DNA of 64,000 nt. Source: a virus. Numbering within the stretch: the first letter of the stretch is position 1; the number at the start of each line of letters is the position of its first letter. Below, one piece after another: positions 46,999-57,142 of this stretch. Below the pieces are notes generated by a model. The model saw nothing but the letters and a program-made list of their open reading frames with translations. It did no database searches and had not been told where the DNA came from. The position numbers and the translations under genes were made by a program. The stretch covers positions 64,001 through 128,000 of the IMG/VR virus record IMGVR_UViG_3300021962_000028. One strand, written 5' to 3'.

Positions 46999-47598
46999 TT
47001 AATCCCACCAACCTTTTATTCCCGAACCATCAAATTGTTCGTACCAATCTTTATCTTTATCAAATTTTGAAGTGTCTTGACCTTTCAAAATTGTAAAAAG
47101 TTCATCCCATTCCTGATTCTCAATTTCACGAGCCCTGTCAAATACTTTACGATTGTGAATTTTTTCTTCTTCAGTATCTTTATCGATTAAACGACTATAA
47201 CCTGGTTTATCCTCAATAGGTTCAAACTCCCAATCGTGATGTACTATTTCACCAAGTTCTTTTTCCGCCATCTCAATGTAGTTATCCTGATTGTAATTTT
47301 TAATTAACTCAATCGCTCTACGCATCGCGGCAACTTTCTTTAAACGAGATTCATCAATTTCATTTCCGTGTTTCTCAACAGTGTCAGAAATGTTAGTTAG
47401 ACCAATCTCAAGGAATTTTAAAGTTCCGTGATGGTCAAACCAATAATGACTCCATAACGCTTTTCTAAATGTCCAAACATTCTTGAAAAATCTTGGTAAG
47501 TCATATCTGAATAACTCGTATGTTTTATACCACCAAGTTTGGTGTCGTATTAATGTCTTAAGACTATCCCCAAAACTATCTGCAAATCCTACCTTCAT
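46999..47598 (-). CDS. Hypothetical phage protein (WWD C-terminus)
   Basis: 199-aa ORF after a TAnnTTTG motif. Confidence 0.55.
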   Translation of the reverse strand: MKVGFADSFGDSLKTLIRHQTWWYKTYELFRYDLPRFFKNVWTFRKALWSHYWFDHHGTLKFLEIGLTNISDTVEKHGNEIDESRLKKVAAMRRAIELIKNYNQDNYIEMAEKELGEIVHHDWEFEPIEDKPGYSRLIDKDTEEEKIHNRKVFDRAREIENQEWDELFTILKGQDTSKFDKDKDWYEQFDGSGIKGWWD

Positions 47599-47747
47599 AA
47601 CTTTAATTTTTTACAAAGATAGTAAATTTAAACCAAATACCAAATAAAAAAGACCTAAGATTTCTCTCAGGTCTTTCGATACAGGATATATATAGACACC
47701 CAAAGAAGGGCGGATGTTTTAATAAATATAACAAATTTTTAAAAAAA

Positions 47748-48182
47748 TCAATCTTCAGAGTCTTCTAAACCCAATTTTTTTGATATTTGGGGTAATAATT
47801 CTTCATTAAACTCAATACCGTGTCTTTCTTTGAAGTGTTTCAATAATAATTCAATAGGTTTTTCATATCCGTGATGTTGTAAAATAACGTACGCACCTAA
47901 ATCCGCTTCAAGTTCTTCTCTCTCGTCTCTTGGGCCTGAATGGTCTAAAAGTATGTGAGAAACTTCGTGAGCTTCAATGAATTTTAAAACTCCCTCATTA
48001 CCCTCGTCCATTAATACCTCACCATCAATAATGACCAAATTTTTATTTGGTACCATAAACCCGTAACCATATTCGTTAAAATATTCTTTCACTTGAGGGT
48101 ATAATGGGTCGTCATTGAATACCACAACGATAGTTACGTCTGGTAAAAACTCGCTTTTATATTCTAATTGTGTTTGTTCCAT
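47748..48182 (-). CDS. HExxH metallopeptidase-like protein
   Basis: AHEVSHILLDH...ELEAD. Confidence 0.65.
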   Translation of the reverse strand: MEQTQLEYKSEFLPDVTIVVVFNDDPLYPQVKEYFNEYGYGFMVPNKNLVIIDGEVLMDEGNEGVLKFIEAHEVSHILLDHSGPRDEREELEADLGAYVILQHHGYEKPIELLLKHFKERHGIEFNEELLPQISKKLGLEDSED

Positions 48183-48202
48183 AATTTAAAAAATGGGGTG
48201 GT

Positions 48203-48460
48203 TTAGTTCCACCCCAAGGTATTTCTTTTGTGCGCTAAGATAATCTGAAACTTTTCATCATATTCGTATGTTAGTTTATCCATTTGACTATCCTTTGATT
48301 TCAATAAATTTGACCATTTATATTTAAATTGTTTATAACACTTTTCAGTGGTGTCTAACTGACCTTGTTTTGTACAAGACTCTAATACGTTGATTATCCA
48401 ATCATAATCTTTTTTGAAATTTTCAATCATATATGTGTTATTATTAATTATACAAAACAA
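48203..48460 (-). CDS. Hypothetical protein
   Basis: 85-aa ORF. Confidence 0.45.
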   Translation of the reverse strand: MFCIINNNTYMIENFKKDYDWIINVLESCTKQGQLDTTEKCYKQFKYKWSNLLKSKDSQMDKLTYEYDEKFQIILAHKRNTLGWN

Positions 48461-48492
48461 AGATACGTATTTTTTTTTAAATCAACTAAATT

Positions 48493-49314
48493 TTATACTA
48501 AAAGTGAATAATATTCTTTAAAATGTTTTAATCTGTCGGCTAAACCGATTGTTCCACCATTAACTCTTTTTGTCACCGCAGTAACTGTTGCATCATCAGC
48601 ACCTTTATCACATATCGCCCATAACTTGTTAGAATCAAAGAAAAAAGCCGCAGATGCTAAAGGATATTTTGTCGCAACTAAATCAGGATTTGATACCGTA
48701 TCTTCACCAATAAATTTTGCGAAGTTAGTATAGTTTGATTTACCTGTTAATTGAATGTATCCTCTACCACGGAATTTATAACCTTCTTTAGACGCTTCAT
48801 CACCATTACCCATTCTACTACCGTAAACACGAGATGCAATTTTTTCAGGTTGTCTTGCATAAGACTCTGCTAAGTTACCTGGAAAATATTTGCCAAAGAT
48901 TTTTTTAAGACCATCAGCAGAATAATTAACGTTTTCACTAACCGCTTTGAACCCTCCACTCTCGTGACCACATTGTGCTAAGAAATGTGCTAATCTTAAT
49001 GGTGTGGTAATATTGAATTTAGCTGCGGTTTCAGGAATCTGAGCAATAACCGCATCAGGAATATGACCTTTTAATTTTTCTAATTTTAATGGACCTCCTG
49101 TTGGGATTACAACATCTTCTTTAATTACCTCACCCGCAAACATTTTACTCCAAGTGCCATCACCAACGATACCATCGGCGGTTAATCCATTGGCCGCCTG
49201 CCATTGTTTAACTTTTGTTTCAGTACCAGGACCAAAATCTCCATCGGCAGTTAGACCTAATTTTGATTGTAATTTTTTTACGTCTTCACCTTTAGAACCT
49301 TTTTTTAATAACAT
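48493..49314 (-). CDS. Endolysin: peptidoglycan-binding domain plus GH19 catalytic domain
   Basis: LKKGSKGEDVKKLQ..L...DG.FGP.T...V..WQ...GL.ADGIVG..T; FLAQ..HES, RGRGYIQLTG..NY, T..VNGG..GL.DR. Confidence 0.92.
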   Translation of the reverse strand: MLLKKGSKGEDVKKLQSKLGLTADGDFGPGTETKVKQWQAANGLTADGIVGDGTWSKMFAGEVIKEDVVIPTGGPLKLEKLKGHIPDAVIAQIPETAAKFNITTPLRLAHFLAQCGHESGGFKAVSENVNYSADGLKKIFGKYFPGNLAESYARQPEKIASRVYGSRMGNGDEASKEGYKFRGRGYIQLTGKSNYTNFAKFIGEDTVSNPDLVATKYPLASAAFFFDSNKLWAICDKGADDATVTAVTKRVNGGTIGLADRLKHFKEYYSLLV

Positions 49315-49373
49315 TGTTTTAATATTTTATAATAGTTTATTTACTATAAATATTTAAAAAACAACATTATATC

Positions 49374-49775
49374 CTATATTACACCTTTTCTCTTTAAATA
49401 CGCTCTACATTTTGGGTACTGTGATTTCTCAAACTTCCTCGCGTCAATTTCTAAAGGATGGTTTTCATAATCATACTCCTCACACAATTTAGAATATTGT
49501 GACATATTATTTATTTTAGGCATTTGTAGAAAATGTCTATATTCGTGAATAACTGTTCGGATAATTAACGTCTCAGTTTCACATACTAACGGGAAAACAG
49601 TTATAACTCTATTATAATATAAACCGTAATTATATTTGTTGGATTTATTGAATGAGACCTTTAAAGAGGGTTCCAATGTTTTAAGTGGGTTACCAAACTT
49701 GCTAAGACACCATATGAAAGTTTCTTTAGCGATTTCTTTACATTGTTGTTTAGTTAAAAATTTTCCCGTTTTCAT
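49374..49775 (-). CDS. HExxH zincin-like protein
   Basis: TVIHEYRHFLQ...Y..HPLE..A. Confidence 0.6.
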   Translation of the reverse strand: MKTGKFLTKQQCKEIAKETFIWCLSKFGNPLKTLEPSLKVSFNKSNKYNYGLYYNRVITVFPLVCETETLIIRTVIHEYRHFLQMPKINNMSQYSKLCEEYDYENHPLEIDARKFEKSQYPKCRAYLKRKGVI

Positions 49776-49818
49776 AACACAAAGATACGAAAAATGGTTT
49801 AAATTAACAAAAAAACTT

Positions 49819-51516
49819 TTAATAACCTAAAATAGTGTTATTTGAATATCCTGTGTTAATTAAATAATAATTTGCACTACCTCCACTCACTGGTGATGAA
49901 ATGGTAATACTTTGTACACCTGGATATGTACTTCTTAAGTCATTTGTTGACGTATTAATTATTGAAAATTGGGATGAGGTAAATAATCTAACGCTTGGTA
50001 GTGAGGGTCCCCAACTTGAAAATCTTCCATTCTTTTTCATAAAAATGTAATACTCGTCAGATACCGTAATATTACCATCATTATTAACATCGTACTTATA
50101 AAAATCTAAAGAAGTGAAGGACCTAGTTATTGCTTTTGTAGCGGCACCTATTGCGTCAATATTTTGTAGACCTGTAATTGTGGTAGGAGCGTCTAATTGA
50201 ATATACCACTCAACTGATGGGTTAGTGGATTCATTAATTGTGTATTTACCTGTAACATCCGTATATACGGTTTTAAATAACACCCAAGGTGTGAAGGTAA
50301 CTATATAATCAAATTCAAGTACATAAGGTAACGAAACATTATTAGGTAAGTCGTTCCATAGACCCGCACCAACGAATTGTGCGTAATCTTCACCCCCCGC
50401 ATTATTTGGTTCTCCACCATTCCAAGATAGATATGGGTTTATACCAAACCTGTAAGATAGTGACATATAATTTCTATTTATCTCATCCGAAGTTAAAGAA
50501 GTGTTATATACTTGGAATGAGCCTAATCTGAACGACCCATAACCACCGTGACCCATATGAGTCCCATCCGCCAATCCTAGTGCAAACACTTGGTCACCCC
50601 CACCATTTAAATGAGGTGCTAATCTATTAAACGTTGAACTACCAAAAGACACTCCATTTTTATATCCTGTCATTGTTGACCCATCATAGGTTAACGCCAC
50701 CATACACCACTGATTTAATGTAATACTTGTGGATATTTGAGTAATTCCCGTTCCATTCCAAAAACCACATCTTAATGTATTACCACCTGTAATTTCAATA
50801 ACTGACTCGTGCCATCCTGAGGTTGTCGATGTCGTACCCAATTCATCTAATATAATACCATTACCTGTTGGGTACACCCATAGTATTAATGTAATGACTT
50901 TTGAATTTGTGAAATGACTTGTTAAACTTGGTGTAATACCATAGTTATTAACACCATTAAATGTTAGGTATTTTCCCCCGCCTGTAGTTAGAACTGGTGA
51001 ATTATATAATGTAATATTTTTTGAATTTTTTAAATCCGTTAAAACACTACCTGAATTATAACTATTAACATCGTAATTGTTGGTTTGAGTGGTTGTTACA
51101 TAATTCTCAGTCCACCTCCACCCACCTAAGGGTTCTGAATAAAAGGCTCCTGTTTTATCCTGATAATAACCTATCCACCCTGAAGGCCAAGTGTTAAAAA
51201 GAAAATTTTTCTCGGAAACATCTGATATTGTCGCCAAATGCCCGTTCATATTTTCACAAGCGGTTTTTGCATCTAACCAAAACATTGAGCCTGTTGAACG
51301 ATAATATGAGTGACCGTTATAGTTGGTTTGAGACGTAAATCCGTTTAATGATGGTGTTGTTCGCTTATATAATTTCACAGGAACATTCGACGCTCCAACC
51401 CCATTTGAATTGTAGATATACCCTGAATAAGTAAAATTTTGACCCATCACAACATTGGTGAAGAACAAAACCAAAACACATATAATGTTTCTAACCTTAG
51501 ATTTTATTAACTGCAT
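49819..51516 (-). CDS. Secreted lectin-like protein: C-type lectin domain interrupted by a LamG domain, plus a dockerin-like C-terminus
   Basis: NGHSYY...W.DA...C....GHLATI...E..F and later W..GEPNN.GGED...WND; LamG W..VA.TYDG....Y.NG; DVNNDGNITVSD. Confidence 0.75.
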   Translation of the reverse strand: MQLIKSKVRNIICVLVLFFTNVVMGQNFTYSGYIYNSNGVGASNVPVKLYKRTTPSLNGFTSQTNYNGHSYYRSTGSMFWLDAKTACENMNGHLATISDVSEKNFLFNTWPSGWIGYYQDKTGAFYSEPLGGWRWTENYVTTTQTNNYDVNSYNSGSVLTDLKNSKNITLYNSPVLTTGGGKYLTFNGVNNYGITPSLTSHFTNSKVITLILWVYPTGNGIILDELGTTSTTSGWHESVIEITGGNTLRCGFWNGTGITQISTSITLNQWCMVALTYDGSTMTGYKNGVSFGSSTFNRLAPHLNGGGDQVFALGLADGTHMGHGGYGSFRLGSFQVYNTSLTSDEINRNYMSLSYRFGINPYLSWNGGEPNNAGGEDYAQFVGAGLWNDLPNNVSLPYVLEFDYIVTFTPWVLFKTVYTDVTGKYTINESTNPSVEWYIQLDAPTTITGLQNIDAIGAATKAITRSFTSLDFYKYDVNNDGNITVSDEYYIFMKKNGRFSSWGPSLPSVRLFTSSQFSIINTSTNDLRSTYPGVQSITISSPVSGGSANYYLINTGYSNNTILGY

Positions 51517-51949
51517 TAATTAAAGCCTTTTTCAAACCTGCCGAAAATGAAGATTTTTCAAATGGTATATTTTCATCTTGTAATTCAATAAAAGTTGATT
51601 TGACATCAATTTTACTCTCCCCAACACCAATATAATCTTTATCGTCGATAGTCACTCTTAATGTTACTATAGTAACCTTTCTTTTTTTCTCGAATGGACC
51701 TATTGAGATACCAGTAGTTGGTGCCTCAATACTTTCAATCACAACTGAAACAGGTTTACCGTCTTCACATATGGAATATTTTTCAGATAATACCTCTTCA
51801 GTTATTTGTTTTACCCCCAATGTAAATCGTTTAGGGCTAATCCCTTGAATACTGTCTTTAGTTTGAACACTTTTAACAGTAAAACACGACTGAGAGTAAG
51901 ATGTTATTGACATTAAAGTCGTCAATGTAATTAATAATAATATTTTCAT
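51497..51949 (-). CDS. Secreted hypothetical protein
   Basis: Signal peptide; C-terminus resembles the end of the CsgG-like gene product. Confidence 0.55.
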   Translation of the reverse strand: MKILLLITLTTLMSITSYSQSCFTVKSVQTKDSIQGISPKRFTLGVKQITEEVLSEKYSICEDGKPVSVVIESIEAPTTGISIGPFEKKRKVTIVTLRVTIDDKDYIGVGESKIDVKSTFIELQDENIPFEKSSFSAGLKKALINAVNKI

Positions 51950-51950
51950 T

Positions 51951-53543
51951 TTATAATAAAGCTTTAGCTCCAAGTAATACTTGGTAATTTAATGTGGCAT
52001 CTTTTACTTGTTGTACACCACTGAAACTTAAATTTAATTTAAATTTACTACTTATTCGATAATCAAATGCGGTGAATGGTACTGCTAACCATCCTGATTC
52101 GTACCACAACCCTTCATAATAATATACATATGGTGAGTATACAAATACTAACATAGTTGTGTTATTTATTTTTTTAGTAACTTTAAAAGTACCTATTAAT
52201 CCACCTAATGCCGATAAACTTTGGAATCTTGCGGAACCTAAGTTACCTGTCGTGTAATTAACCCCTAAAGTACCTGTAATATTTTTATATTTATAAGATT
52301 CCATTATTGAGGTTGTGTTGAAAAAATCCTTTTCAAAGTTCAACATTGATGAATTAGCAATAATTGATGTTAAATTTTTTCTTCGGTATCCCGCGAAAAA
52401 AGTGATGTTTGAATTGTTAATAGAACTAGTAAAATTAAGTAACGCACCTCTAACAAATGTATTATCGGTGTTTGACTTTGTGAAACTCATATTAACTCTA
52501 AACTGTTGAGCTTCGTCACCCGACGCACTACTAATCGCTACAATATCACCCGTTAATAAAATCCCACCTTGTTTTGCATTCGCAACTTTAGATTTAACTT
52601 GGGCCGAGTTAGATGATGAGGTTTTGGTCATATCATTTAACTTATCCTCATTTGGGGTTTCATTCCCGTTGTTAGTAGTGTTACCACCTGAACCTTGAGA
52701 ATTACCTCCATTTGTCGTTACAGACGATTGAGTCGTTTGACTTCCTCCTTGAGTTGGGTTACCTGTATTTGTAGTGTTTCCTCCTGTTGTTGACGTTGTA
52801 GTTCCTTGACTTGAATTACCTCCTCCAGTGTTTTGGTTATTTCCATTACTTGTTTGTGATTGCGGGTTCGTTTGATTTCCTCCAGAAGTAGATGAACCTC
52901 CTCCATTGTTATTTGTGGTACCATTATTTTGTGTTTGATTGTTAATGGTCGACGAACCTGAATTTGAGGTTGTCTGACCGTTAGAACCACCACTTTGATT
53001 TGAATTTCCGTTGGTTGTTCCGTTGGTTGTTTGAGGACTAGACCCCTGAGAACCACCATTTTGTGTGGTTGTCTGTGTATTCCCTCCGATGGTTGATGAA
53101 CCCTGATTAGGTTTAGATTTATTATCTTCAGAGTTGGACTTTTCCTTAGCTTCGATAATACCTCCGATATTCGAACCACCGATTGATGATATGTCGTTTA
53201 ACGCGGATAAAACATTTGTTAAAACCGCAATATTGTTAGCCGCAATAATTGCATTCATTGTTGTATTTTGATATAATGCAACACCACTACAAGGACCCGA
53301 AGGATTTGATGAATTAATTTGAGTAATCCATTGCTCCAAAGCACCTGATTGTAATTGAGTGGGGGTAAAACTTTGCACCTGACCATAATACATTAAGGCA
53401 ACATTTCCATTAGGGTTATTAATGAAAAGTTCTTTAATTTTATTAGTACAGGGGTCCGTATATGTATACGAAAACCCCTGTCCAAATACCATTAATGTTG
53501 TGAACAGAAAACTTAGTGTTATTAAAATTTTCTTAATGTTCAT
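51951..53543 (-). CDS. Secreted protein with a G/N/T/S/Q-rich linker and probable C-terminal beta-barrel
   Basis: Signal peptide MNIKKILITL, low-complexity linker, amphipathic strands ending LGAKALL. Confidence 0.6.
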   Translation of the reverse strand: MNIKKILITLSFLFTTLMVFGQGFSYTYTDPCTNKIKELFINNPNGNVALMYYGQVQSFTPTQLQSGALEQWITQINSSNPSGPCSGVALYQNTTMNAIIAANNIAVLTNVLSALNDISSIGGSNIGGIIEAKEKSNSEDNKSKPNQGSSTIGGNTQTTTQNGGSQGSSPQTTNGTTNGNSNQSGGSNGQTTSNSGSSTINNQTQNNGTTNNNGGGSSTSGGNQTNPQSQTSNGNNQNTGGGNSSQGTTTSTTGGNTTNTGNPTQGGSQTTQSSVTTNGGNSQGSGGNTTNNGNETPNEDKLNDMTKTSSSNSAQVKSKVANAKQGGILLTGDIVAISSASGDEAQQFRVNMSFTKSNTDNTFVRGALLNFTSSINNSNITFFAGYRRKNLTSIIANSSMLNFEKDFFNTTSIMESYKYKNITGTLGVNYTTGNLGSARFQSLSALGGLIGTFKVTKKINNTTMLVFVYSPYVYYYEGLWYESGWLAVPFTAFDYRISSKFKLNLSFSGVQQVKDATLNYQVLLGAKALL

Positions 53544-53544
53544 C

Positions 53545-53913
53545 TTAAACGTCTGTAGTGTTCGATAAAGACACACCGTCTTCTTCGTCAACCTTTTGAA
53601 TTAACATTTTATCTCTGTCCTCAGAATTGAACCAGTAATCAACAACTTTATTTAAGTTACCTACGAATGCTCCTAAAAGGATTAATAACATTTCTTTCCA
53701 ATCCTCTTTAATTTCAATACCAAAGAATACCGCGGAATTAATTCCTGCAATTATAAAGAAAAACAAACCTAATACGATGGCAGTAATTCTCCAACGATTA
53801 GATTGCATTTGTTGTAACATATAATAGAAACGATTTTTATCTTCTACTTTCACCATTTTGGTTTCACCCATTAATAAACTTTTTAAACTCATTTTTTTAA
53901 GATTTAAAGACAC
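53545..53913 (-). CDS. Two-TM membrane protein
   Basis: LLILLGAFVG...VVDYWF holin-like helical hairpin. Confidence 0.55.
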   Translation of the reverse strand: MSLNLKKMSLKSLLMGETKMVKVEDKNRFYYMLQQMQSNRWRITAIVLGLFFFIIAGINSAVFFGIEIKEDWKEMLLILLGAFVGNLNKVVDYWFNSEDRDKMLIQKVDEEDGVSLSNTTDV

Positions 53914-54613
53914 CCTTTTTTATTAATTTTGACACAACTCTTGACGATGCCGTTTCAAGAGCCTTTTTTGTCGAAATACCTATAGTTGATTGATTAAATT
54001 TGATATCATCAACATCTGACAACAATGATGATGTTTTAACCGTTGACGCCTCACCTAAACCACTACCTGTGTAAATTTCGCCCGTTTCAGCGTCCACAAA
54101 TCTTACTTGTAAACCTAAACGAGTTATTTGAGTTGTTTTTGCACCATCAGAAGCTTTAATGACTTCATCTTCAGACACTGAAAAATCATATACTTCGATG
54201 TACACAAAATATTTAGCTAAAATTACATTACCTTTAACTTCTATTTTATTACTCGAAATCCCTTTATCTGATGCTTTGTCTTGAGCAATCATTTTTTGTT
54301 TAATTTCCTCTTTATCTTCAGTAAATTTAAATCTATCTGTTGATTCAAGATATTCTAAAACTATGTTAGCAACACCTAATCCCACTCTTTTATCTTTAAG
54401 TTCAGGATACATAGAATATAGTTCTTCATTAATACCAATTTTAAGAACTTGGATAGGTATTACGATAGTATCAGTATAGTCTGATACTACAGAAATGGAT
54501 TGTTTCTTTTCAAAATCCGCTTGATACTGTTCGGTTTTAACCGTACCTATTTGACCACTTACTTTACAAGAAAGTAATATTATGGGTAATAGGGTATACA
54601 ATAACTTTTTCAT
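53897..54613 (-). CDS. CsgG/HfaB-like protein
   Basis: LG..NI....L..TDRF...E, VYDF, LGLQVRFVDAETGEI; signal peptide with LSC. Confidence 0.65.
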   Translation of the reverse strand: MKKLLYTLLPIILLSCKVSGQIGTVKTEQYQADFEKKQSISVVSDYTDTIVIPIQVLKIGINEELYSMYPELKDKRVGLGVANIVLEYLESTDRFKFTEDKEEIKQKMIAQDKASDKGISSNKIEVKGNVILAKYFVYIEVYDFSVSEDEVIKASDGAKTTQITRLGLQVRFVDAETGEIYTGSGLGEASTVKTSSLLSDVDDIKFNQSTIGISTKKALETASSRVVSKLIKKGVFKS

Positions 54614-54951
54614 TACCAAGAATCCTCTTCTTTTTTAACAGGTTTAGCAGGTTCAGTTGTCTGAGCTGCAGGTTTTTCAATAATACGTTCTTTAATGATT
54701 GTATTTGTACCACCACCGTTTTCAACTTTTTGTTTATTTTCTTGATTTTGTTGTACGTTAACTATAACTGGTGCGGGTGCCGCAGTTTGTTCTGTTTTAG
54801 GTTCTTCTTTTTCTTCTGAATGACCACCAAATAACATTGTTGATACCCATACCCCACCGCCAGCAATTACTGTAGTTAGTGTTCCGATTATTGTTTTCTT
54901 TAACCCTGACCAAGTTCCATCTGATTCAGGTACGTTTGTTTCCTCTGACAT
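54613..54951 (-). CDS. Single-TM protein
   Basis: N-terminal TM and low-complexity tail. Confidence 0.55.
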   Translation of the reverse strand: MSEETNVPESDGTWSGLKKTIIGTLTTVIAGGGVWVSTMLFGGHSEEKEEPKTEQTAAPAPVIVNVQQNQENKQKVENGGGTNTIIKERIIEKPAAQTTEPAKPVKKEEDSW

Positions 54952-55019
54952 AATATTTGTTTGTTTTAATTTAGTTTATTGTTTAAAGGCTAAGAGGTCA
55001 CAAATTGTGACCTCATTTA

Positions 55020-56921
55020 TTATTTTAAAATTATTTTACTTGTTAGTTGTATGTCACTTCGTTTAAGAACCGCAACATAAACACCTGCAGGTAAATAACC
55101 AAGGTTAGTACTGTACTGATAATCACCTTCAGGCATCTTATCATTAACCATTACTTTATATTCTTTACCATCAACACCGTAAACCGATAACCTAACGTTA
55201 CCATATTCTTTTACTTCAAATTTAACAGTAACATAATCTTGGGTCGGGTTAGGGTACACTATCATACCATCAATACTTGTCATATTTCCATTTATCATTT
55301 TGTAAACTTGAATAACTCCGTTAGTAGGTGTTATTTCCAAATCTTTACATTGGTTGTCACCAGCGAATTTATCGGTAGTCCAAAGAGGACTTTCGTCCCA
55401 TAAATTTTGTGGTTGTTTTGCGATAAATTTTAAAGTCACCACTTCATCGTTATTACGAATAGGTTTTAAATGATTACTATTATCGTAACCACCCCAAGTA
55501 ATAATGTTATCATTAGTATTCAAGTATGTTAACCAACTTGATGCTGATGATTTAGAATCAATACCTTTGAATTCTAATAATGTGTCATTATATTTTAACC
55601 CAAACTGTAATGAACCTAAGTCAGTACCACTTGTAAAAACTTTTACAGGTATATTAACTAGATTACCTTCTTGTACTGATAATCTCGGTACGTTAACTTC
55701 TATCGAAGTTGTTGGGAAATCATACTCAACTCTATTGTCAATCACATTATATATTTGAGATTCAACACCAGGTTGAGGGTTAATTAAAACCTCAATCGGG
55801 GTCACACGAGCCATATGATAACCTGTTCCGTTAGCGTCACCAGGTACTAACACGTAGAATGTTGGGGATGGTGCTCCCGCAATAATATTAAATGTGAAGT
55901 TGGTTGTACCAGGGATTGATGACAAATAGTTTGTGGATGAACCGTTAATTGTCGTGTATTCAGACGCAGTGAAGAATTTAACATCTTTAACACTGTTAGG
56001 CCAAACTGAGAATCTACCTGAGATTCTACCAAATACACCGTAAGCGTCCGATATAGTTATATTATTATCACCGTTAACATCCGCAGCGTAGTAATCAAAC
56101 CCTGTCGGTGTTTGAGTTCCTAATACATAGTCATTAACTTTTTGAGCATCAGCCGTAGAAATAACATTACCTACTGACATAGTATCACCAACAATTTTAA
56201 TACGAACATCATAACCTGTAGTATCAACCGCAATATCGTTAAACGCGAAGATACCTGAGTTATTAGTTAATGTACTAGTTACTGATGTCCAAGACCCACT
56301 AGGTCTAAGTTTTTTCTCAAGACCAACTGTTAAGTTTTTAGCCCCTGTACCTGTAACGTTTGTAAACGTACCCGTAAAAGAAAATGTCTGAGGTAACATA
56401 ACCCCACCAAAGTTTTGTAAGGTTAACGAATTATCAGTACCATCTTGTTTTGTAGAAATAGATGGATATGTGTTTATACCACTAAACGACATATTACCTA
56501 CAGATGTTAATGATGAGAATCCTGCGATATGTTGTAATTTCAATTGTACAAATGCACCGTCAGGAATCTCAAAAGTAGATAAACTACCTGTATAAGATAA
56601 TGTAATTGTTACATAACCATTTGCAGGGTTATCTACATATTGTAAATACTGAGAATACGATGTGTTTAATGAGGTAACTGTGTCGACACCTGAAAAGGCA
56701 AGTTTGTCGTAGTATACTCTGAATTGAGCCGCGGTAATTAGAGTTGTAGTGTTATTGTAGAAACACAAACCTACGTTAGTAAAACCAGCTGCCGACGGTG
56801 CCAATTGGTAATTTGAATCTAACGTAACGAAGACCCCTGTTGTGGTCGGGGTAGGACACGTTTGAGAGAATCCGATTGCACTCATTAATAGAAATGAGGC
56901 AACCGCTAAGAGTTTTTTCAT
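55020..56921 (-). CDS. Secreted cohesin/dockerin-like protein with T9SS type-A C-terminal sorting domain
   Basis: Signal peptide; cohesin-like V..G..V.IPV...LGSLQF.L.Y...LL.F; DVNGDNNITISD; VYPNP...LPAGVY...K C-terminal domain. Confidence 0.78.
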   Translation of the reverse strand: MKKLLAVASFLLMSAIGFSQTCPTPTTTGVFVTLDSNYQLAPSAAGFTNVGLCFYNNTTTLITAAQFRVYYDKLAFSGVDTVTSLNTSYSQYLQYVDNPANGYVTITLSYTGSLSTFEIPDGAFVQLKLQHIAGFSSLTSVGNMSFSGINTYPSISTKQDGTDNSLTLQNFGGVMLPQTFSFTGTFTNVTGTGAKNLTVGLEKKLRPSGSWTSVTSTLTNNSGIFAFNDIAVDTTGYDVRIKIVGDTMSVGNVISTADAQKVNDYVLGTQTPTGFDYYAADVNGDNNITISDAYGVFGRISGRFSVWPNSVKDVKFFTASEYTTINGSSTNYLSSIPGTTNFTFNIIAGAPSPTFYVLVPGDANGTGYHMARVTPIEVLINPQPGVESQIYNVIDNRVEYDFPTTSIEVNVPRLSVQEGNLVNIPVKVFTSGTDLGSLQFGLKYNDTLLEFKGIDSKSSASSWLTYLNTNDNIITWGGYDNSNHLKPIRNNDEVVTLKFIAKQPQNLWDESPLWTTDKFAGDNQCKDLEITPTNGVIQVYKMINGNMTSIDGMIVYPNPTQDYVTVKFEVKEYGNVRLSVYGVDGKEYKVMVNDKMPEGDYQYSTNLGYLPAGVYVAVLKRSDIQLTSKIILK

Positions 56922-57142
56922 AGTTTAATATCTTGGTAATTTATTTCCTAATAAATATTTTATTTATACGGATTATTACATTAAACTATTAAACTATTTC
57001 TAAAAATGGGAAAATTATTACTTTAAAAGTAATTATATGTGTAAAAATTATGAGAAGTATTATATATAAAACCTACCTTACCACTACAAGAGTAATGATT
57101 TACTCAATTGACATTATGCAAAGATTTTTTTTAATTTAAAAA

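Noticed and set aside
54993-55014. GAGGTCACAAATTGTGACCTC hairpin resembling attenuator terminator 3
   Set aside because: No leader ORF or anti-terminator was found; it is probably an ordinary intra-operon hairpin.
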